Shown here: in pieces, positions 24,285-36,126 of the stretch
Layout of the letters: every line of letters starts with the position of its first letter
How positions within the stretch are numbered: the first letter of the stretch is position 1
Source: Mobula hypostoma
Lineage: Eukaryota
Length of the DNA stretch: 64,000 nucleotides
NCBI RefSeq assembly: GCF_963921235.1
Contig: NC_086108.1
Coordinates: forward strand, 112,160,001 to 112,224,000
Direction: 5' to 3'
Notes under the pieces: model-generated
Databases searched by the model: none
Seen by the model: only the letters and a program-made list of their open reading frames with translations
Told to the model about the DNA's origin: nothing
Made by a program: the position numbers and the translations under genes

Positions 24285-26217
24285 AAATAATCACAAACTT
24301 ATTGATTGCTTAAGTATTCACCCCCTTCAAGTCAATATTTAGTAGAGCAACCTTTGGCAGCAATTACAGCCTTGTGTCTGAGTGGATAGGTCTCTATCAG
24401 CTTTGCACATCTCGACACTGCAATTTTTCCCCATTCTTCTTTACAAAACGGCTCAAACTCTGTTAGATTGCACAGGGGTTGTGAGTGAACTGCCTTTTTC
24501 AAGTCCAGCCACAAATTCTCAATTGGATTGAGGTCTGGACTCTGACTTAGCCACTCCAGGACATTAGCTTGGTGTTGTTTTTAAGCCATTCTTGTGTAGC
24601 CTTGGCTTTATGCTTGGGTCATTGTGTTGCTGGAAAACAAATCTTCTCCCAAGTCGCAGTTCTCTTGCAAACTGCATCAAGTTTTCCTCCAGGATTTCCC
24701 TGTATTTTGCTGAATTCATTTTACCCTCTACCTTCACAAGCCTTCCGGGGCCTGCTGCAGTGAAGCATCCCCACAGCATGGTGCAGCCACTGCCAAGCTT
24801 CACAGTAATGATGGTGTGTTTTTGATGATGTGCGATGTTTGTCTTATGCCAAACAGCGTTAATCCGATGACCAAAAAGCTCAATTTTGGTTTCATCAGAC
24901 CATAGAACTACCGACCCCACTTGGAGTACTGTTCAGTTCTGGTCACCTTACTACAGGAAGAATGTGGAAACCATAGAAAGGGTGCAGAAGAGATTTACAA
25001 TGATGTTTCCTGGATTAGGGAGCATGCCTTATAAGAATAGGTTGAGTGAACTTGGCCTTTTCTCCTTGGAACGAAGGAGGATGAGAGGTGACCTTATAGA
25101 GATGTATAAGACGATGAAAGGCATTGATCGTGTGGATAGTCAGAGGCTTTTTCCCAGGGCATAGTTTTAAGGTGCTTGGAAGTAGGTACAGAAGAGAAGT
25201 CAGGAGTAAGTTTTTTGCACAGAGAGTGGTGAGTGGGTGGAATAGGCTACTGGTGACTGTGGTGGATACAATAGGGTCTTTTAAGAGGCTCCTGGATAGG
25301 TACATGGAGCTTAGAAAAGAGAGCTATGGGTAACCCTAGGTACAGCACTGTGGGCCGAAGGGCTTGTATTGTGCTGTAGGTTTTCTATGTTTCTAGAACT
25401 TTCTTCCAGCTGACTTCAGAATCTCCCACGTGCCTTCTGGCACCCTAACCAAGATTCATGAGAGTTTTTTTCAACAGTGGCTTTCTCTTTGCCGCTCTCC
25501 CATAAAGCAGTGACTGCTGAAACATCTGGGCATCTCCCATCCCGGCCACTGAAGCTTGTAACTCCTCCAGAGTTGTCATAGGTCTGTTGGTAATTTCCTT
25601 CACTAGTCCCCTTCTTGCAGCCACTCAATTTTGAGGATGGCTTACTCTAGGCAGATTTACGGCTGTGCCATATTCTTTCCATTTCTTGATAATTGACTTA
25701 ACTGTACTCCAATGGATAGTCATTGACAAAATTTTTCTTCTATCCATCTCCTGACTCGGGCTTTTCAATAACCTTTATGTGGAGTTGCTTAGAGTGCTCT
25801 TTTGTCTTCATGGTGTGGCTTTGCCAGGATACTAGCTCACCAGCAGTTGGACTTTCCAGATACAGGTTATTTTTACCACAATCAATTGAAACCTCTTAAC
25901 TGCACACAGGTTTCCAAAACCAGATATTCCATTATGTTACTTCTAAAACCAATAGGCTACATCATTGATGATTTGATGTGTCATATTAAGGGGGTGGGAG
26001 TGAATACTTATGCAATTAAGTATTTTGTTTTATATTTATAATTACTTTAGATCACTTTATAGAAACCCGTTTTTACTTTGACACGAAAGTTTTCTTTTCT
26101 GTTGATCAGTGACAAAAAAAGCCAAATTAAATCCACTATGATCCAATGTTGTAATACAATAAAACACGAAAACTTCTGGGGGTGGGGGGGGGGCACGAAT
26201 AGTTTTTATAGGCACTG
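24285..26217 (-). mobile_element. Degraded Tc1-like DNA transposon (DDE transposase remnant), interrupted by CR1
   Basis: WKKVLWSDETKIELFG, TVK.G.G..MLWGCF and FVFQQ.NDP motifs; terminus CAGTG..|TA at 26217; the other end is truncated. Confidence 0.88.
24910..25393 (+). mobile_element. CR1 3' fragment inserted in the Tc1 transposase
   Basis: 7-bp TSD tagaact (24903-24909 / 25394-25400); removing the insert restores KKVLWSDE. Confidence 0.88.
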
Positions 26218-27420
26218 TAGGTTCCTGATTAGTCAGAGTGTCAAAGGTTGTGCAGAGAAGACAAGAGAATGGGATTGAGAGGGATAATTCATCAGCCATG
26301 ACAGAATAGCGGAGCAGACCGGATGGGCCAAATGGCCTAATTCTGCTCCTACATATGTTTTACGGTTATAGAAAAGACTTTAGCAACAAAGAAGGTTTCA
26401 AATCCCTGTTTTATTTCACATATTCATTTTTATAAATAGACATGAGGAACACAGTTTCATGTCAGATTTATCCGTTTAATGCTTTTAAATGATTTCCTTT
26501 AAAAGGTGCTTAAAAATTTTTTGCCTTCAAATCAAAAAAGCCACTGTTATCTCTCACACAGTCTATAATTCAACAATCACTGGCTTTGATTGCCAGTTTT
26601 ATAGAAGTAACTTTATAACACAAAAAACATACTTTTCACTTGAAACTGGCAGACACTGCTGCTCCTTCAAACACTTCCTATTTCAGTGAACAGGATTAAA
26701 CAAAATAATTAAGTATGTGTTAAGCTAGTTTAAAGTTTTTTTTTGTACAAAGAGGTCACTGTATAAAATTCTGTACGAAATGGAAGTCACCTATAGGACC
26801 TGCATACCAGCACATCTTTCATTCCAGAAAATCATCCCCATCCATTTCAGATTATTGCTGGTATTCAAAGAACGCGAAAGAACAAAACCAGTGATAAGAA
26901 TGTTTGAGCTGGGCCAGTGGAAAACATCAATAACGTGACATGCAGTGCATACTAGAAGGTCTGCAAATACACTTCAGGCCTCTCGATTTCAATGATGGCA
27001 TAGCCTTAGCAGCAAAACTAAAGGCTCCTAAAGGTCTAGATCAAGTAGACATGGTGAGGATGTTTCCCATAGTGGGAGAGTCTAGGACTAGGGAGCACAG
27101 TCTTAGAATACAAGGCTATCTTTATAAACGAGATGAGGAGGAATTTCTTTAGCTAGAGTGTCGCTGAAATTGTGGAATTTGGTGCCACAGGTGGCTGTGG
27201 AGGCCAGCATTGGGTATATTTAAAGCAGAGGTTGATAGGCTCTCGATTAATAAGGGTATCAAATGTTACAGGAAGAAGGCAGGAGAAATGAGATTGAGGG
27301 GGAAAATAAATCAGCCATGATGGAATGGTGGAGCAGCCTCAATGCATCGAATAGCCTAATTTTGCTGCTGTCTTATGGTGTCAAATCTAAAACTCTCTAG
27401 GTGCTAAAAGAGATACAAAG

Positions 27421-28974
27421 AATGAGGAAAATTAAAGTGGATAAATCCCCGGGACCTGACAGGGTGTTCCCTCGGACCTTGAAGGAGACTAGTGTTGAAA
27501 TTGCAGGGGCCCTGGCAGAAATATTTAAAATGTCGCTGTCTACAAGGTGAGGTGCCGGAGGATTGGAGAGTGGCTCATGTTGTTCCGTTGTTTAAAAAAG
27601 GATCGAAAAGTAATCCAGGAAATTATAGGCCAGTAAATTTAACCTCGGTAGTAGGTAAGTTATTGGAGGGAGTACTAAGAGACAGAATCTACAAGCATTT
27701 GGATAGACAGGGACTTATTAGGGAGAGTCAACATGGCTTTGTGCGTGGTAGGTCACGTTTGACCAATCTATTGGAGTTTTTCGAGGAGGTTACCAGGAAA
27801 GTGGATGAAGGGAAAGCAGTGGATATTGTCTACATGGACTTCAGTAAGGCCTTTGACAAGGTCCCACATGGGAGGTTAGTTAGGAAAATTCAGTCGCTAG
27901 GTATACATGGAGAGGTGGTAAATTGGATTAGACATTGGCTCAATGGAAGAAGTCAAAGAGTGGTAGCAGAGAATTGCTTCTCCGAGTGGAGGCCTGTAAC
28001 TAGTGGTGTGCCACAGGGATCAGTGCTGGGTCCATTGTTATTTGTCATCTATATCAATGATCTGGATGATAATGTGGTAAATTGGATCAGCAAATTTGCT
28101 GATGATACAAAGATTGGAGGTGTAGTAGACAGCGAGGAAGGTTTTCAGAGCCTGCAGAGGGACTTGGACCAGCTGGAAAAATGGGCTGAAAAATGGCAGA
28201 TGGAGTTTAATACAGACAAGTGTGAGGTATTGCACGTTGGAAGGACAAACCAAGGTAGAACATACAGGGTTAATGGTAAGGCACTGAGGAGTGCAGTGGA
28301 ACAGAGGGATCTGGGAATACAGATACAAAATTCCCTAAAAGTGGCGTCACAGGTAGATAGGGTCATAAAGAGAGCTTTTGGTACATTGGCCTTTATTAAT
28401 CAAAGTATTGAGTATAAGAGCTGGAATGTTATGATGAGGTTGTATAAGGCATTGGTGAGGCCGAATCTGGAGTATTGTGTTCAGTTTTGATCACCAAAGT
28501 ACAGGAAGGATATAAATAAGGTTGAAAGAGTGCAGAGAAGGTTTACAATGATGTTGCCGGGACTTGAGAAACTCAGTTACAGAGAAAGGTTGAATAGGTT
28601 AGGACTTTATTCCCTGGAGCGTAGAAGAATGAGGGGAGATTTGATAGAGGTATATAAAATTATGATGGGTATAGATAGAGTGAATGCAAGCAGGCTTTTT
28701 CCATTGAGGCAAGGGGAGAAAAAAACCAGAGGACATGGGTTAAGGGTGAGGGGGGAAAAGTTTAAAGGGAACACTGGGGGGGGGGTGGCTTCGGTGGTAA
28801 ATGTGGGTTCTTTTTTTAATATTTAAGAATAAATTGGACAGATACATGGATGGGAGGTGTATGGAGGGATATGGTCCGTGTGCAGCTCAGTGGGACTAGG
28901 CAGAAAATGGTTCGGCACAGCCAAGAAGGGCCAAAAGGCCTGTTTCTGTGCTGTAGTTTTTCTATGGTTTCTAA
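27421..28974 (+). mobile_element. 5'-truncated CR1 LINE (RT domain plus 3'UTR)
   Basis: ORF 27492-28490 with YRPVNL, KAFDKVPH, GVPQGSVLGP, FADDTK; tail ttctatggtttcta. Confidence 0.92.
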
Positions 28975-29271
28975 TGGGAAACAAAGAAAGGGGGGCAATG
29001 CCAGGCTTATTGCAAAAGAATCCAATGGGATGTGAAAACTGTAATAAGAGGCAAAGAGAGTTATGAACTGCCAATGTTAATGGGAATCTAGAACTGTTCT
29101 ATAGACATATACACTCACTGACCATTTTATTAGGTACAGGAGTGGAAGCCAGTGTGGTCTTCTGCTGTACCCCATCCACTTCAAAGATCAACGTGTTGTG
29201 CGTTCAGGGATGCTCTTCTGCACACCACTGTTGTAATGCTTGGTTATTTGAGTTACTGTTGCCTTCCTGTC

Positions 29272-31905
29272 TTCACCATTGTTTTAGGAGATTTTAACCA
29301 GGCCAGTCTGAAAAAATCACGAAGCAATTACCATCAACAGATCACTTGCAATACTAGAGGAAGCAACACAATGGACCATTGCTACACTACCATCAAGAAT
29401 GCCTACCGTGCTATTCCACACCCTAACTGCATAAAGTCTGATCACCTGGCTGTACTTCCAATCCCTGAGTATAGGCAGAGACTGAAGACTGCAGCACCAG
29501 TAGTGAGGACCAAGGTATGGACAAGGGAAGCACAGGAGCACCTACAGGACTGCTTTGAATCGGTGGACTGGGCTGTATTCAGGGATTCATCTTTAAACCT
29601 GGCTGAGTATGCTGCAGTTGTTACCGACTTCATTAAAACCTGTGTGGATGAGTGTGTGCCTACAAAGACTTACTGTACATTCCCAAACCAAAAGCTGTGG
29701 ATGAAACAGGAGGTACGTTGTCTGCTGAAGGCTAGATCTGTGGCATTCAAGTCTGGCAACCCAGGTCTGTACCAGAAAACCACGTATGATTTGCGAAGGG
29801 CTATTTCAAGAGTGAAGAGACTATTACAAACCAGGTTGGAGGCGACATTGGATGCACGACAACTCTGGCAGGGTTTGTAAGACATTACCTCCAACCAAGT
29901 GAAACCCAATAGCATGAATGGCAGCGATACTTCACTACCAGATGAACTTAATGCCTTCTATGCCCACTTTGAAAGGGAGAATACAACTACATCTGTGAAG
30001 ATCCCTGCTGCATCTGATGACCCTGTGATCTCTATCTCAGAGGCTGATGATAGGCTGTATTTAAAGAGCGTGAACCTTCACAAGGTGTAAGGTCCCGATG
30101 GAGTACCTGGTAAGGCTTTGAAAACCTGTGCCAACCAACTGGTGAGAGTATGCAAGGATATTTTCAACTTCTCACTGCTATGGGCAGAAGTTCCCACTTG
30201 CATCAAAAAGGCAACAATTATACCAGTGCCTAAGCAAAATAATATGAGCTGCCTTAATGACTCACATCTCACACCTACAGTGACGAAATGCTTTGAGAGG
30301 TTGGTCATGACTAGACTGAACTCCTGCCTCAGCAAGGACCTGGACCCATTGCAATTTGCCTATCGCCACAATAGCTCAATGGCTCTCCACACAGCTTTAG
30401 ACCACCTGGACAACACAAACACCTACCTCAGGATGCTGTTCATTGACTATAGCTCAGCCTTTAATACCATCATTCCCACAATCCTGATTGAGAAGTTGCA
30501 GAACCTGGGCCTCTGTACCTCCCTCTGCAATTGGATCATCTCCTCCTTGCTGACTTATTAGCACTGGTGCACCTCAGGGGTGTGTGCTTAGCCCACTGCT
30601 CTACTCTCTCAGGTATTGCCAAGAGGGCATACAGGAGTGAGATGCCAACTAGTGGAGTGGTGCCGCAGAAACAACCTTGCACTCAACGTCAGTAAGACAA
30701 AAGAACTGATTGCCGACCTCCGGAAGGGTAAGACGAAAGAACACATACCAATTGTCATAGGGGGATCAGAAGTGGAGAAAGTGAGAAGTTTCAAGTTCCT
30801 GGGTGTCAAGATCTCTGAGGATTAACCTGGTCCCAATATATCGATGTAGTTATAAAGAAGGCAAGACAGCGGCTCTAAGAGGGGTGATTGATAAGTTCGT
30901 GGCCTAAGGTAGAAGAAGCCAATTTTAGAAAACCTAGCACATTTATTTTTCAACATAGTCCCCTCCTACACTTAAGTCTAGCGGTCGTGCAGCATATGGA
31001 TCTTGGACCTCCAGAAAGTGCCCACAGCAGGGGTGATTGATAAGTTCGTGGCCTAAGGTAGAAAGAGATGAGTTACACAGCTCTTGTTACATGCACATGC
31101 AGTTCAACTCTAAATGATTATGCAGAAAGTTTGAGGTTAATAACTCATCTCCTTCTACCTTAGGCCATGAACTTATCAATCACCCCTGATGAGTTATTAA
31201 CCTCAAACTTTTTGCATAATCACTCAAAGAGTTGAACTGCATGTGCATGTAACCAGGGCTGTATAACTCATCTCCTTCTACCTTAGGCCACAAACTTATC
31301 AATCACCCCTCGTATTTCATTAGGAGTTTGAAGAGATTTGGCATGTCAACAAATGCACTCAAAAACTTCTATAGATGTACCATAGAGAGTATTCTGACAG
31401 GCTGCATCACTGTCTGGTATGGGGGGGGCTACTCCACAGGACCAAAAGAAGCTGCAGAGGGTTGTAAATTTAGTTTGCTCCATCTTGGGTACTAAACTAC
31501 AAAGTACTCAGGACATCTTCAAGGAACAGTGTCTCAGAAAGGCAGCATCCATTATTAAGGATCTCCAGCACCCAGGGCACGCCCTTTTCTCATTGTTACC
31601 ATCAGGTAGGAGATACATAAACCTGAAGGCACACACTCAGTGATTCAGGAACAGCTTCTTCCTCTCTGCCATCTGATTTCTAAATGGACATTGAACCCTT
31701 GGACACTATCTCACTTTTTCAAAAAAAAATATAGTATTTTTTGCACAATTTTTAATCTATTCAATATATGTATACTGTAATTGATTTCCCTATTTAGTTA
31801 TTATGTTTTGTTTTTTTTCTTCTATATTATGTACTGCATTGAACTGCTGCTGCTGAGTTACAAATTTCACGTCACATGCCGGTGATAATAAACCTCGTTT
31901 TGATT
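29272..31905 (+). mobile_element. Rex1/Babar-like non-LTR retrotransposon, 5'-truncated and degraded
   Basis: [65 protein letters not shown]; (tgattc) tail; ctgtc duplication at 29267-29271 / 31906-31910. Confidence 0.85.
30878..31312. mobile_element. Mariner-type MITE with four TIR copies (palindromic)
   Basis: TA TSD (30876-30877 / 31313-31314); TIR (C)GAGGGGTGATTGATAAGTTCGTGGCCTAAGGTAGAAG; excision restores the host frame KARQRL|YFIRSLKRF. Confidence 0.88.
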
Positions 31906-33171
31906 CTGTCAGCTTGAACCAGTCTGGCCATTCTCCTCTGCTCTCTCTCATTAACAGGGCGCTTTTGCCGACAGAGCAGCCACTCATTGGATGTTTTTCA
32001 TTTTTCACTCCATTCATTGTCTGTAAATTCTGGAGACTGTTGTGAGTGGAAAAACCCCAGAAACTGATCAGCTGTTTCCGACATACTCAAACCGCCACGC
32101 CTGGCACCAACAATCATTTCATGATCAAATTTGCATATCTATTTCTTCCCCAATTCAATGTTTGGTCTGAACAACAACTGAACCTCTTGTCCATGTCTGC
32201 ATGCTTTTATGCTTTGAGTTGCTGCCACATGATTGACTGAGTAGATATTTGCATCAACGAGGTGTACAGGTGTACCTAATAAAGTGGCCACTGAGTGTAA
32301 CTATTAAACTACGCAGGGCAATTCCGGACAAACGTGGGAACCTGATATGGATGTTGAGGGTGCCGTCGACATACTGAATACATTGCATTTGTCTTCATCA
32401 GGAAAAGTGATTAGTGAATGAATAGATAGTTGAAACATTGCACTGTACAAAGATTAGTGGCATAAAGATAAGTTTTATTTGTTACCTGCACATCATAACA
32501 TTCAGTGCATCAAATCAAATTAGTGAGGTTTGCCAGGACAGCCCATAAGTGTCGCCACCATCCAATATCAACATAGCATGGCCACAACTCACTTTTTCCC
32601 TAACTGTACATCTATGGAATGTGGGAGAAAACCAGAGCACCCAGAGGAAACCCACTAGTCACAGTGAGTACATACAAATTCCGTACAGACAGCGGCAGGA
32701 ATCGAACATCAATCTTATAGCTGGTGATTGTAAAGTGTTGTGCTATCATGCCACACTTAGAAGTGTTCAAAATGTCATCATCCAGGATGTCCTTTTCTCA
32801 TTAGTATGAGACAGGAGAAGGTACAGAAACCTGAAAACTCAATAAAGAACAGCATTTTCCCTTCCACCATCAAATTTCTGCATGCTCCATGAACTCATGA
32901 ATACTACCTCAATATTGCCTTTATGCCCTATTTATTTATTTTATTCTTCATTGTAACTTTTGATGTCTTGCACTGAACCGCTGCCAAAAAAGAACAAATT
33001 CCACGACACACAGCAATAAATCTCATTCTGACTTGGCACTGAAGTCACTGGGGCTGATAGACAAGATGGGATTTTGTGAGAAGTATAGGAGGAGATAGTG
33101 GGGGCATTAATCATAATCTTTTAGTAGTGTGAGGGATCAAATATTATTCCTTTGTTCAAAAACAGGAGTAG

Positions 33172-35108
33172 GCTTTGAAAAGCTAAAAGAAGAAATGAGG
33201 TTGCTTTGGCAAGAAAGGTGAAAATAAATCCAAAGGATTTCTACAGTCATATTAATAGCAAAAGGATAGTGAGGGATAAAATTGGTCCCTTAGAGAATCA
33301 GAGTGGACAGCTATGTGCGGAGCCAAAAGAGATGGAGAAGATTTTGAACAATTCTTCTTTGGTATTCACTAAGGAGAAGGATATTGAATTGTGTAAGGTA
33401 AGGGAAACAAGTAGGGTAGTTATGGAAACTATGATGATTAAAGAAGAGGAAGTACTGGCGTTTTTAAGGAATATAAAAGTGGATAAGTCTCCGGGTCCTG
33501 ACAGGATATTCCCTAGGACCTTGAGGGAGTTAGTATGGAAATAGCAGGGGCTCTGACAGAAATATTTCAAGTGTCATTAGAAACGGGGATGGTGCCGGAG
33601 GATTGGCGTATTGCTCATGTTGTTCCATTGTTTCAAAAGGGTTCCAAGAGTAAACCTAGCAATTATCGGCTTGTGAGTTTGACGTCAGTGGTGGGTAAGT
33701 TGATGGAAAGTATTCTTGGAGATGGTATATATAATTATCTGGATAGACAGGGTCTGATTAGGAACAGTCAACATGGATTTGTGCGTGGAAGGTCATGTTT
33801 GACAAATCTTATTGAATTTTTTGAAGAGGTTACCAGTAAAGTTGACGAGAGTAAAGCGGTGGATGTTGTCTTTAAGGTTCCACACGGAAGATTAGTTAGG
33901 AAGGTTCAATCGTTAGGTATTAATATTGAAGTAATGGATTCAGCAGTGGCTGGATGGGAGATGCCAGAGAGTAGTGGTGGATGACTGTTTGTCAGATTGG
34001 AGGCCGGTGACTAGTGGTGGATAACTGTTTGTCAGATTGGAGGCCGGTGGCTAGTGGTGGATAACTGTTTGTCAGATTGGAGGCCGGTGACTAGTGGTGT
34101 GCCTCAGGGATCTGTACTGGGTCCAATGTTGTTTGTCATATATATTAATGATCTGGATGATAGGGTGGTAAATTGGATTAGTAAGTATGCAGATAATACT
34201 AAGATAGGTGGAGTTGTGGCTGATGAAGTAGGTTTTCAAAGCTTGCAGAGAGATTTAGGCCAGTTAGAAGAGTGGGCTGAAAGATGGCAGATGGAGTTTA
34301 ATACTGAAAAATGTGAGGTGCTACATTTTGGTAGGACTAATCAAAATAGGACATACATGGTAAATGGTAGGGCATTGTAGAATGCTGTAGAACAAAGGGA
34401 TCTAGGAATAATGGTGCATAGTTCTCTGAAGGTGGAATCTCATGTGGATAGGGTGGTGAAGAAAGCTTTTGGTATGCTGGCCTTTATAAATCAGAACATT
34501 GAGTATAGGAGTTGGGATGTAATGTTGAAATTGTATAAGGCATTGGTGAGGCCAAATTTGGAGTATTGTGTACAGTTCTGGTCACCGTATTATAGGAAAG
34601 ATGTCAATAAAATTGAGGGAGTACAGAGGAGATTTACTAAAATGTTGTCTGGGTTTCATCTCCTAAGTTACAGAGAAAGGTTGAACAAGTTAGGTCTTTA
34701 TTCTTTGGAGCGTAGCAGGTTGGGGGGGGGGGACTTGATAGAGGTATTTAAAATTAACAGGGGGATAGATAGAGTTGACGTGGATAGGCTTGTTCCATTG
34801 AGAGTGGGTGAGATTCAAACAAGAGGACATGAGTTGAGAGTTAAAGGGCAAAAGTTTAGGGGTAACATGAGGGGGAACTCCTTTACTCAGAGAGTGGTAG
34901 CTGTGTGGAACGAGCTTCCAGCAGAAGTGGTTGAGGCAGGTTCGATGTTGTCATTTAAAGTTAAATTGGGTAGCTATATGGACAGGAAAGAAATGGAAGG
35001 TTATGGGCTGAGTGCAGGTCCGTGGGACTAGGTGAGAGTAGGAGTTCGGCATGGACTAGAAGGGCCGAGATGACCTGTTTCCGTGCTGTAATTGTTATAT
35101 GGTTATAT
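33172..35108 (+). mobile_element. 5'-truncated CR1 LINE with an internal 40-bp triplication
   Basis: CR1 RT peptides in ORFs 33206-35031; tail gttatatggttatat. Confidence 0.9.
33972..34099 (+). repeat. 3 x 40-bp tandem repeat (tagtggtggataactgtttgtcagattggaggccggtgac)
   Basis: Units start at 33972, 34012 and 34052 and are bounded by tagtggtg microhomology. Confidence 0.95.
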
Positions 35109-35962
35109 AGGCTTATGCATAACAACCACAGGCCTGTTCAACTTTGATGGGAAAGGAGGACTTTTAAAAACACTGATGCATAAAAAGGTTGGAGGACTTA
35201 AAGAATCAGAATCAGTTTCACTGGCATATTAATGCAAAGAAAAGCATAATAATGAAATATATATATATTAACATTTTAAATAAAATTAGTGCAAAAAGAG
35301 AGCCAAAAAAGAGAGAAAAAAAAACAGACGTAGTGTCATGGGCTCACGGTCCATTCAGAAATCTGATCATAGAGGGAAGAAGCTGTTCCTGAAATGATGA
35401 GTGCCTCTCTTCAGGCTCCTGTATCTCCTCCTTGATGGTAGCAACGAGAAGAGGGCATTTCCTGGGTGGTAGGGGTCCTTAATGATGAATGCCGCCTTTT
35501 TGAGGCATCACCTTTTGAAGGTGTCCTCAATGCTGGAGAGACTAGTGCTGACGATAGAACTGGCTGAGTTTACAACTTTCTGCAGCTTTTCTCAATCCTG
35601 TGCTGTGGTCCCTCCATGCCAGACAGTCCCACACTTGTGGGCACCTGAACAGGATGGTGGTAACTTCACCATACCTTAGTGTGTCTGCGTGTCCTGCGAA
35701 ACAAGAAACTACGCTGGTTTAAATACTGCTGTGCTGAACACCAGCTGTCCATCCAGTAGCTCCTCCCTTTTCTCTCTGTAGGAACTCAGAAGCTAGCAGT
35801 GTCCTTGCAGAAATCCCAAACAAACTGTGAGCAGTCTTCACCTCTCTCTCTCTCAATAACAAGTTGTTTGTGCTGTACAGCTGCACACTCTCTCTCTTTT
35901 TAAAAGTACAGTCCACAATGAATAACTCAGGATATCGTCACAAAGGTAAAAGGTTATCGTAG

Positions 35963-36097
35963 CAGTCCTGACGAAGGGTCTTGGCCTGAAACGTCGACTG
36001 TACCTCTTCCTAGAGATGCTGCCTGGCCTGCTGCGTTCACCAGCAACTTTGATGTGTGTTGCTTGAATTTCCAGCATCTGCAGAATTCCTGTTGTTT
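35963..36097 (+). mobile_element. 135-bp PLE-derived insert: hammerhead motif (35963-36000) plus pseudo-LTR 3' end
   Basis: 12-bp TSD aggttatcgtag (35951-35962 / 36098-36109); cagtc-CTGACGA-agggtcttggcct-GAAAC-GTC-gactg; same 3' end (..ctgcagaattcctgttgtt) as the element ending near 17461. Confidence 0.9.
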
Positions 36098-36126
36098 AGG
36101 TTATCGTAGAATCGGTGTTGTGTAAT

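Larger units (their letters stand above)
29112..32297. mobile_element. Same Tc1-derived MITE family, split by the Rex1-like insertion
   Basis: TA-flanked TIRs at 29112 and 32297; the two halves are collinear with 47417-47952. Confidence 0.85.

Noticed and set aside
33972..34099. CRISPR-like array
   Set aside because: Contiguous tandem units with no unique spacers, inside a vertebrate LINE, and no cas genes.
35660..35945. Possible alternative SYDE2 exon (minus-strand AAG|gtatgg donor-like site at 35673-35674)
   Set aside because: No recognisable coding similarity or clear acceptor; unsupported without transcript data.
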